This document shows, piece after piece, positions 17,567 to 26,480 of a DNA stretch of 64,000 bases. A program made the translations under genes and the position numbers. Within the stretch, counting starts at the first letter, position 1, and each line of letters opens with the position of its first letter. Under the pieces are notes generated by a model. That model was not told the origin of the DNA. It worked only from the letters and a program-made list of their open reading frames with translations, and did not search any database. The DNA is from an uncultured Candidatus Micrarchaeota archaeon (lineage in GTDB: Archaea > Micrarchaeota > Micrarchaeia > Burarchaeales > Fermentimicrarchaeaceae), in contig CAVXDX010000003.1 of assembly GCA_963760615.1 (NCBI GenBank), positions 19,238-83,237 on the forward strand, read 5' to 3'.

Positions 17567-18771
17567 CTCTGGACTTCATAGCTGCTCAAGTCAAGCAGGC
17601 CGTGCCCCGAGAAGTTGAATGCAATTATCCTTTCCTCAGAGCACTTTCTTGCTTCATCTATAACTGCCTTTATTGCATGCGCTGTCTCTGGCGCAGGCAC
17701 AATACCCTCGGTTCTTACGAATATCCGCGCAGCATCAAAAACCTCTTCCTGCCCGTAGGCAACGGAGCTTACAACTCCCTCTTTTATGAGCAGGCTGAGA
17801 GAAGGAGCCTTCCCGTGATACCTCAAACCAGCTGCATGTATCGGAGGCGGGATGAACTTGTGCCCAAGAGTATACATCTCAATGAGAGGAGTCATTTCTG
17901 CTGTATCTCCATAGTCATACCTGTACTGACCTTTGGTTGTTGATGGAACCGCGGTAGGCTCCACGGCGAGAAACTTCGTTTCAATTTTTCCCTGCAACCT
18001 ATCCCTCACAAACGGGTAGCAGAAGCCAGAGAAGTTGCTCCCACCCCCTATGCAGCCCACCATGAGGTCAGGCACGACATCAATCTGCTTGAACTGCAGC
18101 ATAGTCTCTTCCCCAATCACTGTTTGGTGGAGCAGCACATGGTTTAGAACACTTCCCAGAGAATACTTGGTATTCTTTGATTTTAGTGTGAATTCAATCG
18201 CCTCGCTTATTGCAACCCCCAAGCTTCCAGGGTGGTCAGGCATCTCTTTTAGGCATGCCCTTCCGCTCTCAGTTATGCTACTAGGGGATGGATGCACCTT
18301 ACCTCCAAAGAGTTGCATAAGCGTTTTTCTGTAAGGCTTGCTATCATAGCTGCTCCTTGTCATGAAAACCTCGCATTCCAGACCAAATAGCATGCATGCA
18401 TAGCTTAGAGCAGTGCCCCACTGCCCCGCGCCAGTCTCCGTAGCCAGCTTCTCCACCCCTTCCTTGGATGCATAATACGTCTGGGCTATTGCAGTATTCG
18501 GCTTGTGTGAGCCGCAGGGGTTGGTATCCTCCCTTTTATAGTAGATTCTCGCCTTTGTTTTCAGATATTTCTCAAGCCTCGTAGCCCTATACAGCGGTGT
18601 TGGCCTGCCCAGTCTAAGATACGCCTCCCTAACTTCCTCAGGAATCCTCACTCTCTCCTCCATGCACATCTCCTGCCTCACTCCCTCCCTTGTGAAGATT
18701 CTCATCAGATCCTCTGGAGCTACAGGTTTCATGGTTGCAGGGTTAAGAGGCGGATTCAAAGGCCTTGGCAA
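17563..18771 (-). CDS. trpB2: TrpB2-type tryptophan synthase beta-like PLP enzyme
   Basis: Full-length similarity to alternative TrpB: NPCGSHKPN with the PLP lysine, GAGQWG and GGGSNF blocks. The conserved N-terminal coding continues upstream of the TTG at 18771 to 18852 (see finding). Confidence 0.85.
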   Translation of the reverse strand: MPRPLNPPLNPATMKPVAPEDLMRIFTREGVRQEMCMEERVRIPEEVREAYLRLGRPTPLYRATRLEKYLKTKARIYYKREDTNPCGSHKPNTAIAQTYYASKEGVEKLATETGAGQWGTALSYACMLFGLECEVFMTRSSYDSKPYRKTLMQLFGGKVHPSPSSITESGRACLKEMPDHPGSLGVAISEAIEFTLKSKNTKYSLGSVLNHVLLHQTVIGEETMLQFKQIDVVPDLMVGCIGGGSNFSGFCYPFVRDRLQGKIETKFLAVEPTAVPSTTKGQYRYDYGDTAEMTPLIEMYTLGHKFIPPPIHAAGLRYHGKAPSLSLLIKEGVVSSVAYGQEEVFDAARIFVRTEGIVPAPETAHAIKAVIDEARKCSEERIIAFNFSGHGLLDLSSYEVQR

Positions 18772-18930
18772 AAAAGGCAGTATGTTGCAGTAATAGCGCG
18801 GCAGCTCTTCCTGCTCAAGAATCAGCTTTATCTCCCCAAAGACAATCCCTTTTCATTTTTCATCACCTCGCAAGTGGGAAGGATTGGAACAATACACACT
18901 TTTAAGCTTTTCTGAACAAAAATATACATT

Positions 18931-19431
18931 ATGTACAGAATGCTCGAGAAAGCCTTTGCCGAGTCTCCAGGGAAGAGAAAGGTTGTGGAAGCACTGTTGA
19001 GGTACGGTTTAAGGGTTGATGATAAAGGCAGAATATTCTGCTCAGAGATAGAGCTCTCCCCTGCCAAGATGGCCCGGGCTCTTGGAGTTGACAGGAGAGT
19101 GGTCATAGAAACTGGGAGGATGCTCGCACAGGATGACGAGCTTTATGGCATATTCTCACAGCTGCTTCCAACCGCGTTCATAGGAAAAGCAGCGCACAAG
19201 CTCGGCTTTGAGAGCATAGAGATAAGGGCTGAGCCTCATGAGAAAGGCATAGTTGCCAAGGTTGCAACTGTGGTATCAGAGAGAGGCATAGTTATACGGC
19301 AGATAGTGGCGGATGACCCTGACATATATCCTGAGCCAAAGCTCACTCTCATACTTGAGAAGAGGCTTGACGGTGCAACAATAGACAGACTGAGGAGAAT
19401 AAAAGGAGTAAATGAAATTGTAATAAGATGA
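18931..19431 (+). CDS. ACT-domain regulator of amino-acid metabolism (COG2150-like)
   Basis: 166 aa with an N-terminal wHTH-like part and a C-terminal ACT-like part (GIVAKVATVVSERGIVIRQIVADDP). Divergent from trpB2. Confidence 0.65.
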   Translation: MYRMLEKAFAESPGKRKVVEALLRYGLRVDDKGRIFCSEIELSPAKMARALGVDRRVVIETGRMLAQDDELYGIFSQLLPTAFIGKAAHKLGFESIEIRAEPHEKGIVAKVATVVSERGIVIRQIVADDPDIYPEPKLTLILEKRLDGATIDRLRRIKGVNEIVIR

Positions 19432-19440
19432 AATGATGGT

Positions 19441-20736
19441 GTGCACATGGAACTAGATTTCCTTTCCAGGCTTGTGGAGCTTGACACGAACTCTGACTCA
19501 AAAAGCAACTATAAAAGATGTACAGAACTTGTGAAAAGCAAGGCAGAATCCGTTGGGTTACACGCAGAAATTTACAATGCGCCAGCAAAAGGAGAAAAAC
19601 AGTACCCCAATGTTCTAATTGAGCTTGAAGCAGCTGCAGAGCAGACTCTGCTTCTTGCAACCCACTATGACGTAGTCGCAGCAGGGGAGGGGTGGAAGCG
19701 CCAGCCCTTCAAACTTACAATTGAAGGAAACAGGGCATACGGAAGAGGTGCTGCAGATGACAAGGGAGGCATCATTTCTGCTCTCTCAGCAATGGAAACC
19801 CTCAAGAAAAAGAGCTCTTCGAAAGTGAATGTAAAGCTTCTTGTAACATGCGACGAGGAGGTTGGCGGTGAAAAGGGGCTCGGATTTCTTATGGCTATTA
19901 AAAAGCAAGGCAGTTTTCTCATTGACGGCGATGCAGCCGTACTGATTGACTCCGGCCCGAGAGTTCACATAGGCTCAAGCGGAAGGGCTGCCGGCAGAAT
20001 ACAAGCAACAGGCCCGCTCCCCGGGCTTATAACGCTTCTGTCCGGGGTAATAGACTACTCAAAAAACAGGGAGAAAGTCCTCTCAAACCTTACAAGCACA
20101 TCAGCTGGAAGAAGAGTCTGGGGCAGGATTTCCGTGACAATGCTCGAGCTGAGCGGGGGTGCTGTTGAATACGCAAAAGCAGGAGTTAAGTCCAATGTAA
20201 TACCGGGAGAATGCCGCTTAAAGCTGAAAGGAGAGGAGGAGAGGTTGATTCTTGGAAAGCAGGGCCATGCTGGCTATCCTCATCTTGTGAAGAATGCCAT
20301 AAACCTGTCTCTGCCGTTGCTGAAGAAGGCCGCAGAGCTGTCCGATGCCAAAGGAAAATGCGAGTTAGTTTTTGACCTTAGGACAATCCCCGAGGAGAAT
20401 CTCGATTCTGCCATTTCTGATTTTGAAAAGTACATACGGTTAATAAACCCAAAAATTGAGCTTAGAATAGAAGAGAGAACCGATGGATATGCTTTGCCCG
20501 AATCCGACCATTTTGTTAATATGATGAAGAATGCGACTGGGGAGAAACATGCTTACGGAGAGCTGGGAGGGACAGACGCCCAGTTTTTCGTCAGGAAGAA
20601 CATACCTTCAATCTGCTTCGGACCAATTTCAGATAAGAGCAATATACACGGCAAGGATGAATTTGTTAGACTGGAGGATTTGGAGTTTGTCTCCACCTCA
20701 CTTGTGAAATTGTGTGAGAATTGGAGGAATCTATAA
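19441..20736 (+). CDS. M20-family metallopeptidase/deacylase (ArgE/DapE/CPG2-like)
   Basis: HYDVV, GRGAADDKGG and CDEEVGG motifs (metal ligands of the M20 family). 431 aa. Confidence 0.75.
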   Translation: MHMELDFLSRLVELDTNSDSKSNYKRCTELVKSKAESVGLHAEIYNAPAKGEKQYPNVLIELEAAAEQTLLLATHYDVVAAGEGWKRQPFKLTIEGNRAYGRGAADDKGGIISALSAMETLKKKSSSKVNVKLLVTCDEEVGGEKGLGFLMAIKKQGSFLIDGDAAVLIDSGPRVHIGSSGRAAGRIQATGPLPGLITLLSGVIDYSKNREKVLSNLTSTSAGRRVWGRISVTMLELSGGAVEYAKAGVKSNVIPGECRLKLKGEEERLILGKQGHAGYPHLVKNAINLSLPLLKKAAELSDAKGKCELVFDLRTIPEENLDSAISDFEKYIRLINPKIELRIEERTDGYALPESDHFVNMMKNATGEKHAYGELGGTDAQFFVRKNIPSICFGPISDKSNIHGKDEFVRLEDLEFVSTSLVKLCENWRNL

Positions 20737-20756
20737 TCTAAGAGGCGCGCAGGAGT

Positions 20757-20972
20757 CTATCGCTTCCTTTTTCTCCCCTTTACTTTGGCATTTATGTTCG
20801 CTGCTGCTTCCCCAGTTACAACATCGCGGTTCCTAGCCTCCTCCATAGCCTGTCTTGCAATATTACTACTTATGCTCTCAGCAGCTATCACAGCAAATGA
20901 CGAAAGACTCTCGATACTCCCTTCCTTTCCTTCGTGCAATCCCAACTCTCCCCTTCTCTGCCTCAATGCCAT
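20757..20972 (-). CDS. small protein with Lys/Arg C-terminal tail (possible histone-fold, unverified)
   Basis: 71-aa ORF with a TATA-like ATATTTATATA about 35 nt upstream. The helical core ends ..IARQAMEEARNRDVVTGEAAANINA and is followed by KVKGRKRKR. Confidence 0.4.
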   Translation of the reverse strand: MALRQRRGELGLHEGKEGSIESLSSFAVIAAESISSNIARQAMEEARNRDVVTGEAAANINAKVKGRKRKR

Positions 20973-21056
20973 GAAAACCGATTACTCTATGCCGTTCCGA
21001 CTATATAAATATTCCCGCGCGTCATCAATATTAATATTCGTTGCATAATCTATCCC

Positions 21057-22046
21057 ATGGCATCAGCTCCTGGTAGTCTGAAGCTTTTCGGGGAGCATGC
21101 AGTCGTCTACAACAGGCTGGGTCTCTCAGCAGCTTTCAGCAAGAGGGCATTCTCTGAAATAAAAAAGGCAGAGGACGGAATAGCTGTCAATCTACTCGAT
21201 TTCGGAAAGAGGGAGAAATTCAGCTTCAAGGATATAACTTCCTCGCACCTAAAAATCAAGGAAATGATCGGGAAGGGAGACATGGAAGGGCTCAGAAGGG
21301 AGAGGAAGGACATATTCTCTCCGTACAAGCTGATTCTTGGAGAGTTCTTCTCTGAGTTCGGCTTCTCTCCAGTTGAAATCTCAATACACTCAGAAGTGCC
21401 GCGCAACTCCGGGCTCGGCTCCAGCGCAGCAGTTTTCTGCTCCCTCGCAGGCGGGCTCAACAACTTCTTCCAAACCGCGCTGAGCAAGAATCAAGTTGCA
21501 GAGCTAGCAAACCTCGGGGACAAGGTTGTCCATGGAAACCCCAGTGGGCTTGATGCCAGCACCTGCACCTTTGGAGGCTACATCTCCTTCAGGAGGAGCG
21601 AGGGAGTCAGGCTGCTGCAGATAAAAACAGAAGTCCCACTGCTTGTTGTGAATACAGGCTCTCAGAAGGATACCGGTGATATGATAAGCCGAGTTGCTGA
21701 AATGTACAAGAGCAAAAGAAAGAAGGTTGATGAAATCTTCGACAGGATGGAGGAAACTGCAGCTGAAGGCATAAAGGCTTTGAAAGAGTCAGATTTCCAA
21801 AAATTCGGGGAGAACATGAACATTGCGCAGAAATGCTTTGGCGAGCTAGGGCTGTCCACTCCACAGATAGATGGAATAATCGATACTGCATTGAAAAATG
21901 GCGCTTTGGGGGCAAAGATAACTGGTGCAGGTGGAGGCGGTTGCATAACAATTCTCTCAAGAAAACCGAGAGAGTTGATTCCAATCTATAACAAGATGGG
22001 TTATGAATCTTTTGAGACAGTGCTTGGTGCCAAAGGAGTCGAATAA
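21057..22046 (+). CDS. mvk: mevalonate kinase
   Basis: GHMP kinase motifs KLFGEHAVVY, PRNSGLGSSAA and GAKITGAGGGGC. 329 aa. Confidence 0.85.
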   Translation: MASAPGSLKLFGEHAVVYNRLGLSAAFSKRAFSEIKKAEDGIAVNLLDFGKREKFSFKDITSSHLKIKEMIGKGDMEGLRRERKDIFSPYKLILGEFFSEFGFSPVEISIHSEVPRNSGLGSSAAVFCSLAGGLNNFFQTALSKNQVAELANLGDKVVHGNPSGLDASTCTFGGYISFRRSEGVRLLQIKTEVPLLVVNTGSQKDTGDMISRVAEMYKSKRKKVDEIFDRMEETAAEGIKALKESDFQKFGENMNIAQKCFGELGLSTPQIDGIIDTALKNGALGAKITGAGGGGCITILSRKPRELIPIYNKMGYESFETVLGAKGVE

Positions 22047-22071
22047 TTAAATATGCGCAATTTGATGTATT

Positions 22072-23769
22072 ATGGGTGGAAAATTGGACGCTGAGAAGGT
22101 TGCATACAAATACGCGCTGAAGAATGCCTGCGAGTACGGCAGAGCCCAGCCCGGGGCAGTTGTGGGTAAGGTTATAGCTGAAGTCCCAGATGCAAAAAAG
22201 GACATGAAGGGCACAATGCAGCTCATAACAAATGTTGTCGAGAAAGTCAACAAAATGAAGAAGGAGCAGGTTGAGAAGGAGCTTTCCAAATTTACTTTTG
22301 AGGAGAAGAGGGAAGAGGAGAGAAAAATCACTCTTGAGGATGGAGAGAAGGGCAGGGTTGTCACAAGATTCCTGCCCGAGCCGAACGGCTTCCTGCACCT
22401 GGGGCATGCCAAGGCTGCATTACTCTCATACGAGGCTGCCAGAGAATATGAAGGGAAATGCCTTCTGCGCTTCGATGACACAAATCCTGAGAAGGAGAGA
22501 GCAGAGTTTGTCAGCTCGATAAAAGAGGATTTGGGATGGCTTGGGATGAAGTTTGAGAAAGAGATATACTCATCTGACAAGATGCCTGAGTTCTATAAAT
22601 TTGCAAGGCAGCTCATCATGCAAGGAGATGCCTACATCTGCAACTGCGAGAAGGAGAAGGTGAACGAGCTCAGGGCGAATGGCAAGGCGTGCGAGTGCAG
22701 GTCCAACGCAATTGAGAGCAGTCTGGATGCATGGGATGACATGCTTGCAGGCAAATGCAAGAAAGGGGATGCCATACTCAGGCTGATGGCAGAGCCTGAT
22801 GCAGCCAATACAGTGATGCGCGACCCCACTCTTTTCAGAATAAACACCGCAGAGCACTACAGGCAGGGTAGGAAATATACTGTCTGGCCTACCTATGATT
22901 TTGAGGTGAGTATTGCAGACTCGCTTGATGGAGTGACGCATGCTTTGAGGAGCAAGGAGTATGAGCTGAGGGATGAGCTGTACTACAGGATAATAGAGAA
23001 GCTGGGGTTGAGGAAGCCCATTGTCTACGATTTCTCAAGGCTCACCCTGAAAGGCTTTCCTCTGAGCAAGAGGCTTCTGAAGCCTCTGATTGACGAGAAG
23101 AAAGTTTCTGGGTGGGATGACCCCAGAATGCCAACCATACAGGGTTTGAAGAGAAGAGGAATTCTGCCGGATGCAATAAGGAATTTCGTCCTCAGCTTTG
23201 GCTTGAGCAAGGTGGAGAGCGAGCCATCAATAGATGCGCTGCTCACCGAGAACAGGAAGCTGCTTGACCCGAAAGCTGCAAGGTATTTCTTTGTTGCCGA
23301 GCCTGTCGAACTTGTGGTTGATGGCGTGCCGAAAGGCGAGGTAAGGCTTAAAAAACACCCAACTGAAAACCTCGGGGATAGGACTCTTGAAATAACCGGT
23401 AAGTTCTTCATAAGCAAATCCGATGCAGAGAAGCTGAAGAAGGGGGACAGCTTCCGACTGCTGGATTTTTGCAACGTCAAGCTCCTTGAGAAAGGTAAAA
23501 TGCTCAAGGCTCAATTCACTGGCAACGAGGGCATGGAGGAGAAGAAGCTGCAGTGGGTGACAGACAAACACGTTAAGGCGGAAGTGCTTGTTCCCTCGGA
23601 GCTGTTTATAAATGAAAAATTCAACAAGGAAAGCCTGAGAGTTGATGAGGGCTACTGTGAATCCGAATGCAAGAATCTGAAAAAAGGAGACATCATCCAG
23701 TTTGTCCGCTATGGCTTCTGCATACTTGACGATGAAAAAAAGATGCATTTCATCCTGACAAGCCAATGA
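22072..23769 (+). CDS. gltX: glutamyl-tRNA synthetase (archaeal/eukaryotic-type GlxRS)
   Basis: Class I HIGH region PEPNGFLHLGHAK, WPTYDF and LSKR(KMSKS-like). 565 aa. Confidence 0.9.
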   Translation: MGGKLDAEKVAYKYALKNACEYGRAQPGAVVGKVIAEVPDAKKDMKGTMQLITNVVEKVNKMKKEQVEKELSKFTFEEKREEERKITLEDGEKGRVVTRFLPEPNGFLHLGHAKAALLSYEAAREYEGKCLLRFDDTNPEKERAEFVSSIKEDLGWLGMKFEKEIYSSDKMPEFYKFARQLIMQGDAYICNCEKEKVNELRANGKACECRSNAIESSLDAWDDMLAGKCKKGDAILRLMAEPDAANTVMRDPTLFRINTAEHYRQGRKYTVWPTYDFEVSIADSLDGVTHALRSKEYELRDELYYRIIEKLGLRKPIVYDFSRLTLKGFPLSKRLLKPLIDEKKVSGWDDPRMPTIQGLKRRGILPDAIRNFVLSFGLSKVESEPSIDALLTENRKLLDPKAARYFFVAEPVELVVDGVPKGEVRLKKHPTENLGDRTLEITGKFFISKSDAEKLKKGDSFRLLDFCNVKLLEKGKMLKAQFTGNEGMEEKKLQWVTDKHVKAEVLVPSELFINEKFNKESLRVDEGYCESECKNLKKGDIIQFVRYGFCILDDEKKMHFILTSQ

Positions 23770-23817
23770 ACCGATATATTCTAATACTCGGAACGGCATA
23801 TTCTTTTGGTGGTTTTA

Positions 23818-26469
23818 ATGAACAAACTTGCTCTGCTGCTGGCAATTTTATTTGTCATCAACATTGTCTCTGCCCTGCCCAACCCTGCTGCTGTTTACTG
23901 CACGCAGATGGGCTACACCTACAACATCATAAAAACACCCAAAGGTGAAAGTGGCCAGTGTGCGTTTCCTGATAACAGCAAGTGCGATGAGTGGGACTTC
24001 TTCAAGGGAAAGTGCGGAAATACTTACTCCTACTGCGTTAAAAACGGGTATGACATCAAAACAATGAGTGATGGAAATAATTCTTATTCTCCTGAATATG
24101 CTGTCTGTGTTCCTAAAAAAAAGGGACAGGTGCAAATATCTGTTACTGATGTTTTAAAAAATACAATGAATATCCGCGAAAATCTAACTATCAATGCTTC
24201 TGAAAATAAAACAATCTCCGTTAACAATCTAGTACCCAACACTGGTGGTGGAGGTATAAAAATAAATATGATTACTTCTACAGGAACAGAAATATTTCAA
24301 TCAGCCACTGGAATAGAAACTTGCTCAGACGCCTTTGAAGGCCAAACAATAACGCTTGCTTGCAGAAACGGTTATGTCATCACAAGAGTTTGGTACACAC
24401 TATATCTTATCAATGAGAGCAGTACTACCTGCAACTACCCCTTTGCATCGAATCATGAGGATGGTTATGCGGATGGAAATGACTATCTAATTATAGGACA
24501 TCAGAGGTCATGCACATATAATTATAATAGTAATTGTGTAGGCAGAAACTCATGCTCATTTACAGCTAGCAATACCAATTGTGGCGGAGATCCGGACCCT
24601 AACAAGCCAAAAAGATTAGTTGCTATTTATGAATGTAGCTCTTCTCTTCTTCCTTCTACATTTGACTGGAGAAATGTCAATGCTTCCAACTGGATGACTC
24701 CTGTTAAAGATCAAGGAAAATGCGGGAGCTGTTGGGCATTTGCCGCTGTGGGAGCTGTGGAAGCACAGAAAAAAATAGAATATAACACTCCTACTACCAA
24801 TTCAGACTTGTCTGAACAAGATCTTGTTTCTTGTAGCGGTCCCTATATTGGTGATTGTAACGGCGGATTTCCAGAATATGCATTAGATTATATGGAAGGA
24901 CCTGGTGTGGTAGATGAGGCTTGTTTTCCTTATACTGGATGTAAAAACTATACATACGACAATTCTACAAAATATTATAACTGTAATGAGGAATACGCCT
25001 GTGCCAGATGCTCTGGCTGGCAAAACAAACTGCAAAAAATTGGCGGATATAATGCTAGTCCATATCCTTATTATGTTGTTATTTCTGAAAATGACCCTAA
25101 CATTAATTATACTTACAAAGGAATAGTACTCTTTTCTCCGAATCCAGAAAAGTATATATCAGAAAACGGCCCTGTGTTAGCATTAATTGATATGAGGAGT
25201 GGTCATTTTGTTAACGGAGTTTATACCGGGTGCGATTATAGCGGTTATGATCATGCAGTAGTGCTTGTAGGCTATAACCGTACAGGCAATTACTGGATAG
25301 CAAAAAACAGCTGGGGCAGCACTTGGAATGGTGATGGCTACTTTAAAATAGATTATAACGCCCAGGGTTCTTGCTGGCTCTTCCCGGTTTTTAATATTTA
25401 TGCAAAACCTGATACTTGTGTAGACACTAATCCATACGCAAACACTCCAGGGTGGAGTGCGACACTAGTAAAGTCAAATATAAGTGGATTGCTGCATGAA
25501 GCTCCATATTTCTATTCTGATTACTGTCTTAATTCTACAACTGTAATAGATTATTGGTGTAATTGGTACGCTTATGTGTTTTTCCCCGGACAACTTTCTA
25601 TTGGCACGTCGACTTATGATTGTACATATCTTGGTTCCTTTTCTTGTTCAGATGGAGCATGCAGACCGCAACCTGCGGCAGCTCTCAAAGGAGGCCCAAA
25701 TGGTCAGCTATACGTTCCAAACTTGACCGCCGGCCTAGCTCCCTATGAGTACCTTTCATACAACTATTATCTCAAGGTAGATTTATGGTGCAACATGAGC
25801 GATACAAACTGCCAATCCGGGAAATGCGGTTGCACCCGTATGTGGTGCGACCAGGCAGGAGGTAAAAGCCCCTACCCAACAATAAAATTCTGGCCTGATG
25901 GGAACGTGGATGGGACAGACAGCATCCTCATAAACCGCAAGTTTGGAACATGGGAGGGAAGCACAGGATGGGATTACATGGCAGACTGCGTTCTGGACAG
26001 GAATGTTGACGGAACGGATGGTATCACGGCAGCCAGAAATTTCGGGCAGGGTCCATTCAACTATTCAACTGATTTGGCAAACATCAACGTATTATTCGAT
26101 ACTGGCGATGTCGGCTACCCGGATGCAAATGGCTACATAAAAATTCCTTCAGAATCAATGAATTTAGGCCTAGCAGAGAACTTCACTGTCTACAACGGCT
26201 CCAAGCCTGTAATGGCGCTGGTGACATTCTACAACAGCTCAATCTTATACCAACTCGCACCTGCAACCAAACCAAGCACTCAAGTCCAGACAACAGCTCT
26301 TATGGCACCAACCGTTGAGATGCCGGTAGGAAACACATGGACGATGGCAGTGGTTCTCATAGCAATAATAGGCTTGGTAATTGGCTACTTCGTTGTAAGG
26401 GAAGCAATGTTCTCAACTGCAACAAGAAAATCAAAGAAGAAGCAGCTTAACAATCGGCCAAGACCATAA
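23818..26469 (+). CDS. secreted multidomain papain-family (C1) cysteine protease: DUF333-like, SUEL/Gal-lectin-like, C1 peptidase, Cys-rich region, dockerin-like repeats, C-terminal anchor
   Basis: Signal peptide MNKLALLLAILFV. DUF333-like NPAAVYCTQMGY..CDEWDFFKGKCG. Lectin-like ..CGGDPDPNKPKRLVAIYEC. Catalytic QGKCGSCWAF, YDHAVVLVGY and NSWGSTWNGDGYF. DGNVDGTD and DRNVDGTD calcium-loop pairs. C-terminal GNTWTMAVVLIAIIGLVIGYFVVREA..KSKKK. The ORF track starts at a TTG at 23806. Confidence 0.8.
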   Translation: MNKLALLLAILFVINIVSALPNPAAVYCTQMGYTYNIIKTPKGESGQCAFPDNSKCDEWDFFKGKCGNTYSYCVKNGYDIKTMSDGNNSYSPEYAVCVPKKKGQVQISVTDVLKNTMNIRENLTINASENKTISVNNLVPNTGGGGIKINMITSTGTEIFQSATGIETCSDAFEGQTITLACRNGYVITRVWYTLYLINESSTTCNYPFASNHEDGYADGNDYLIIGHQRSCTYNYNSNCVGRNSCSFTASNTNCGGDPDPNKPKRLVAIYECSSSLLPSTFDWRNVNASNWMTPVKDQGKCGSCWAFAAVGAVEAQKKIEYNTPTTNSDLSEQDLVSCSGPYIGDCNGGFPEYALDYMEGPGVVDEACFPYTGCKNYTYDNSTKYYNCNEEYACARCSGWQNKLQKIGGYNASPYPYYVVISENDPNINYTYKGIVLFSPNPEKYISENGPVLALIDMRSGHFVNGVYTGCDYSGYDHAVVLVGYNRTGNYWIAKNSWGSTWNGDGYFKIDYNAQGSCWLFPVFNIYAKPDTCVDTNPYANTPGWSATLVKSNISGLLHEAPYFYSDYCLNSTTVIDYWCNWYAYVFFPGQLSIGTSTYDCTYLGSFSCSDGACRPQPAAALKGGPNGQLYVPNLTAGLAPYEYLSYNYYLKVDLWCNMSDTNCQSGKCGCTRMWCDQAGGKSPYPTIKFWPDGNVDGTDSILINRKFGTWEGSTGWDYMADCVLDRNVDGTDGITAARNFGQGPFNYSTDLANINVLFDTGDVGYPDANGYIKIPSESMNLGLAENFTVYNGSKPVMALVTFYNSSILYQLAPATKPSTQVQTTALMAPTVEMPVGNTWTMAVVLIAIIGLVIGYFVVREAMFSTATRKSKKKQLNNRPRP

Positions 26470-26480
26470 GCCTTTGCTGC

